Source: Choristocarpus tenellus KU-1152 (Eukaryota; Protista; Phaeophyceae). Taken from it: a DNA stretch of 64,000 nt. Positions 63,853 through 64,000 of the stretch are shown here, one piece after another. The stretch covers positions 2,564 through 66,563 of the forward strand of contig CAXNAD020000004.1 in assembly GCA_964200185.2 (NCBI GenBank). Direction: 5' to 3'. Position 1 is the first letter of the stretch, and every line of letters starts with the position of its first letter. Below the pieces are notes generated by a model. The model worked only from the letters and a program-made list of their open reading frames with translations, was not told the DNA's origin and did not search any database. Both the position numbers and the translations under genes were made by a program.

Positions 63853-64000
63853 ATTTATATTCAAAAATATTTCGGTACTTGTGGAGGGCACCGCTACGAT
63901 TTGGAAGCGACCTCGACCAAGCCTAAGAACAGCCGATTTCAAAAATTGAGGATGGAGCTTTTCATTGAGGATGGGCTTGACCCAAAATTGACTGGGATAA

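Overview
Intron-rich, AT-rich eukaryotic genomic DNA, most likely from a flagellated stramenopile alga (brown alga or close relative; this is an inference from gene content, intron style and scattered TTAGGG hexamers). Seven spliced protein-coding genes were reconstructed by hand with phase-consistent exon chains: a 5'-truncated legumain (peptidase C13, +), a 19-exon ~26-kb CEP104 (-), a Fyv7/TAP26(CCDC59)-like gene (-) head-to-head with ARFRP1 (+), a plant At4g16180/At3g28720-like C-terminally anchored membrane protein (+), a SPIRAL1-like protein (+) and a small putative mitochondrial orphan (-). A degenerate IS630/Tc1-mariner-type DDE transposase lies near the right end. Introns carry many micro- and minisatellites. 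No single multi-gene novel system is evident. The most interesting signals are architectural: telomeric hexamers scattered through introns and exons, CpG-island-like gene starts next to CpG-depleted gene bodies, AG|GCAAG (GC-AG) donors restricted to first coding introns, a candidate poison exon, a tRNA-derived B-box element placed divergently upstream of two genes, an 8-bp combinatorial satellite and a perfect 25-bp intronic hairpin.
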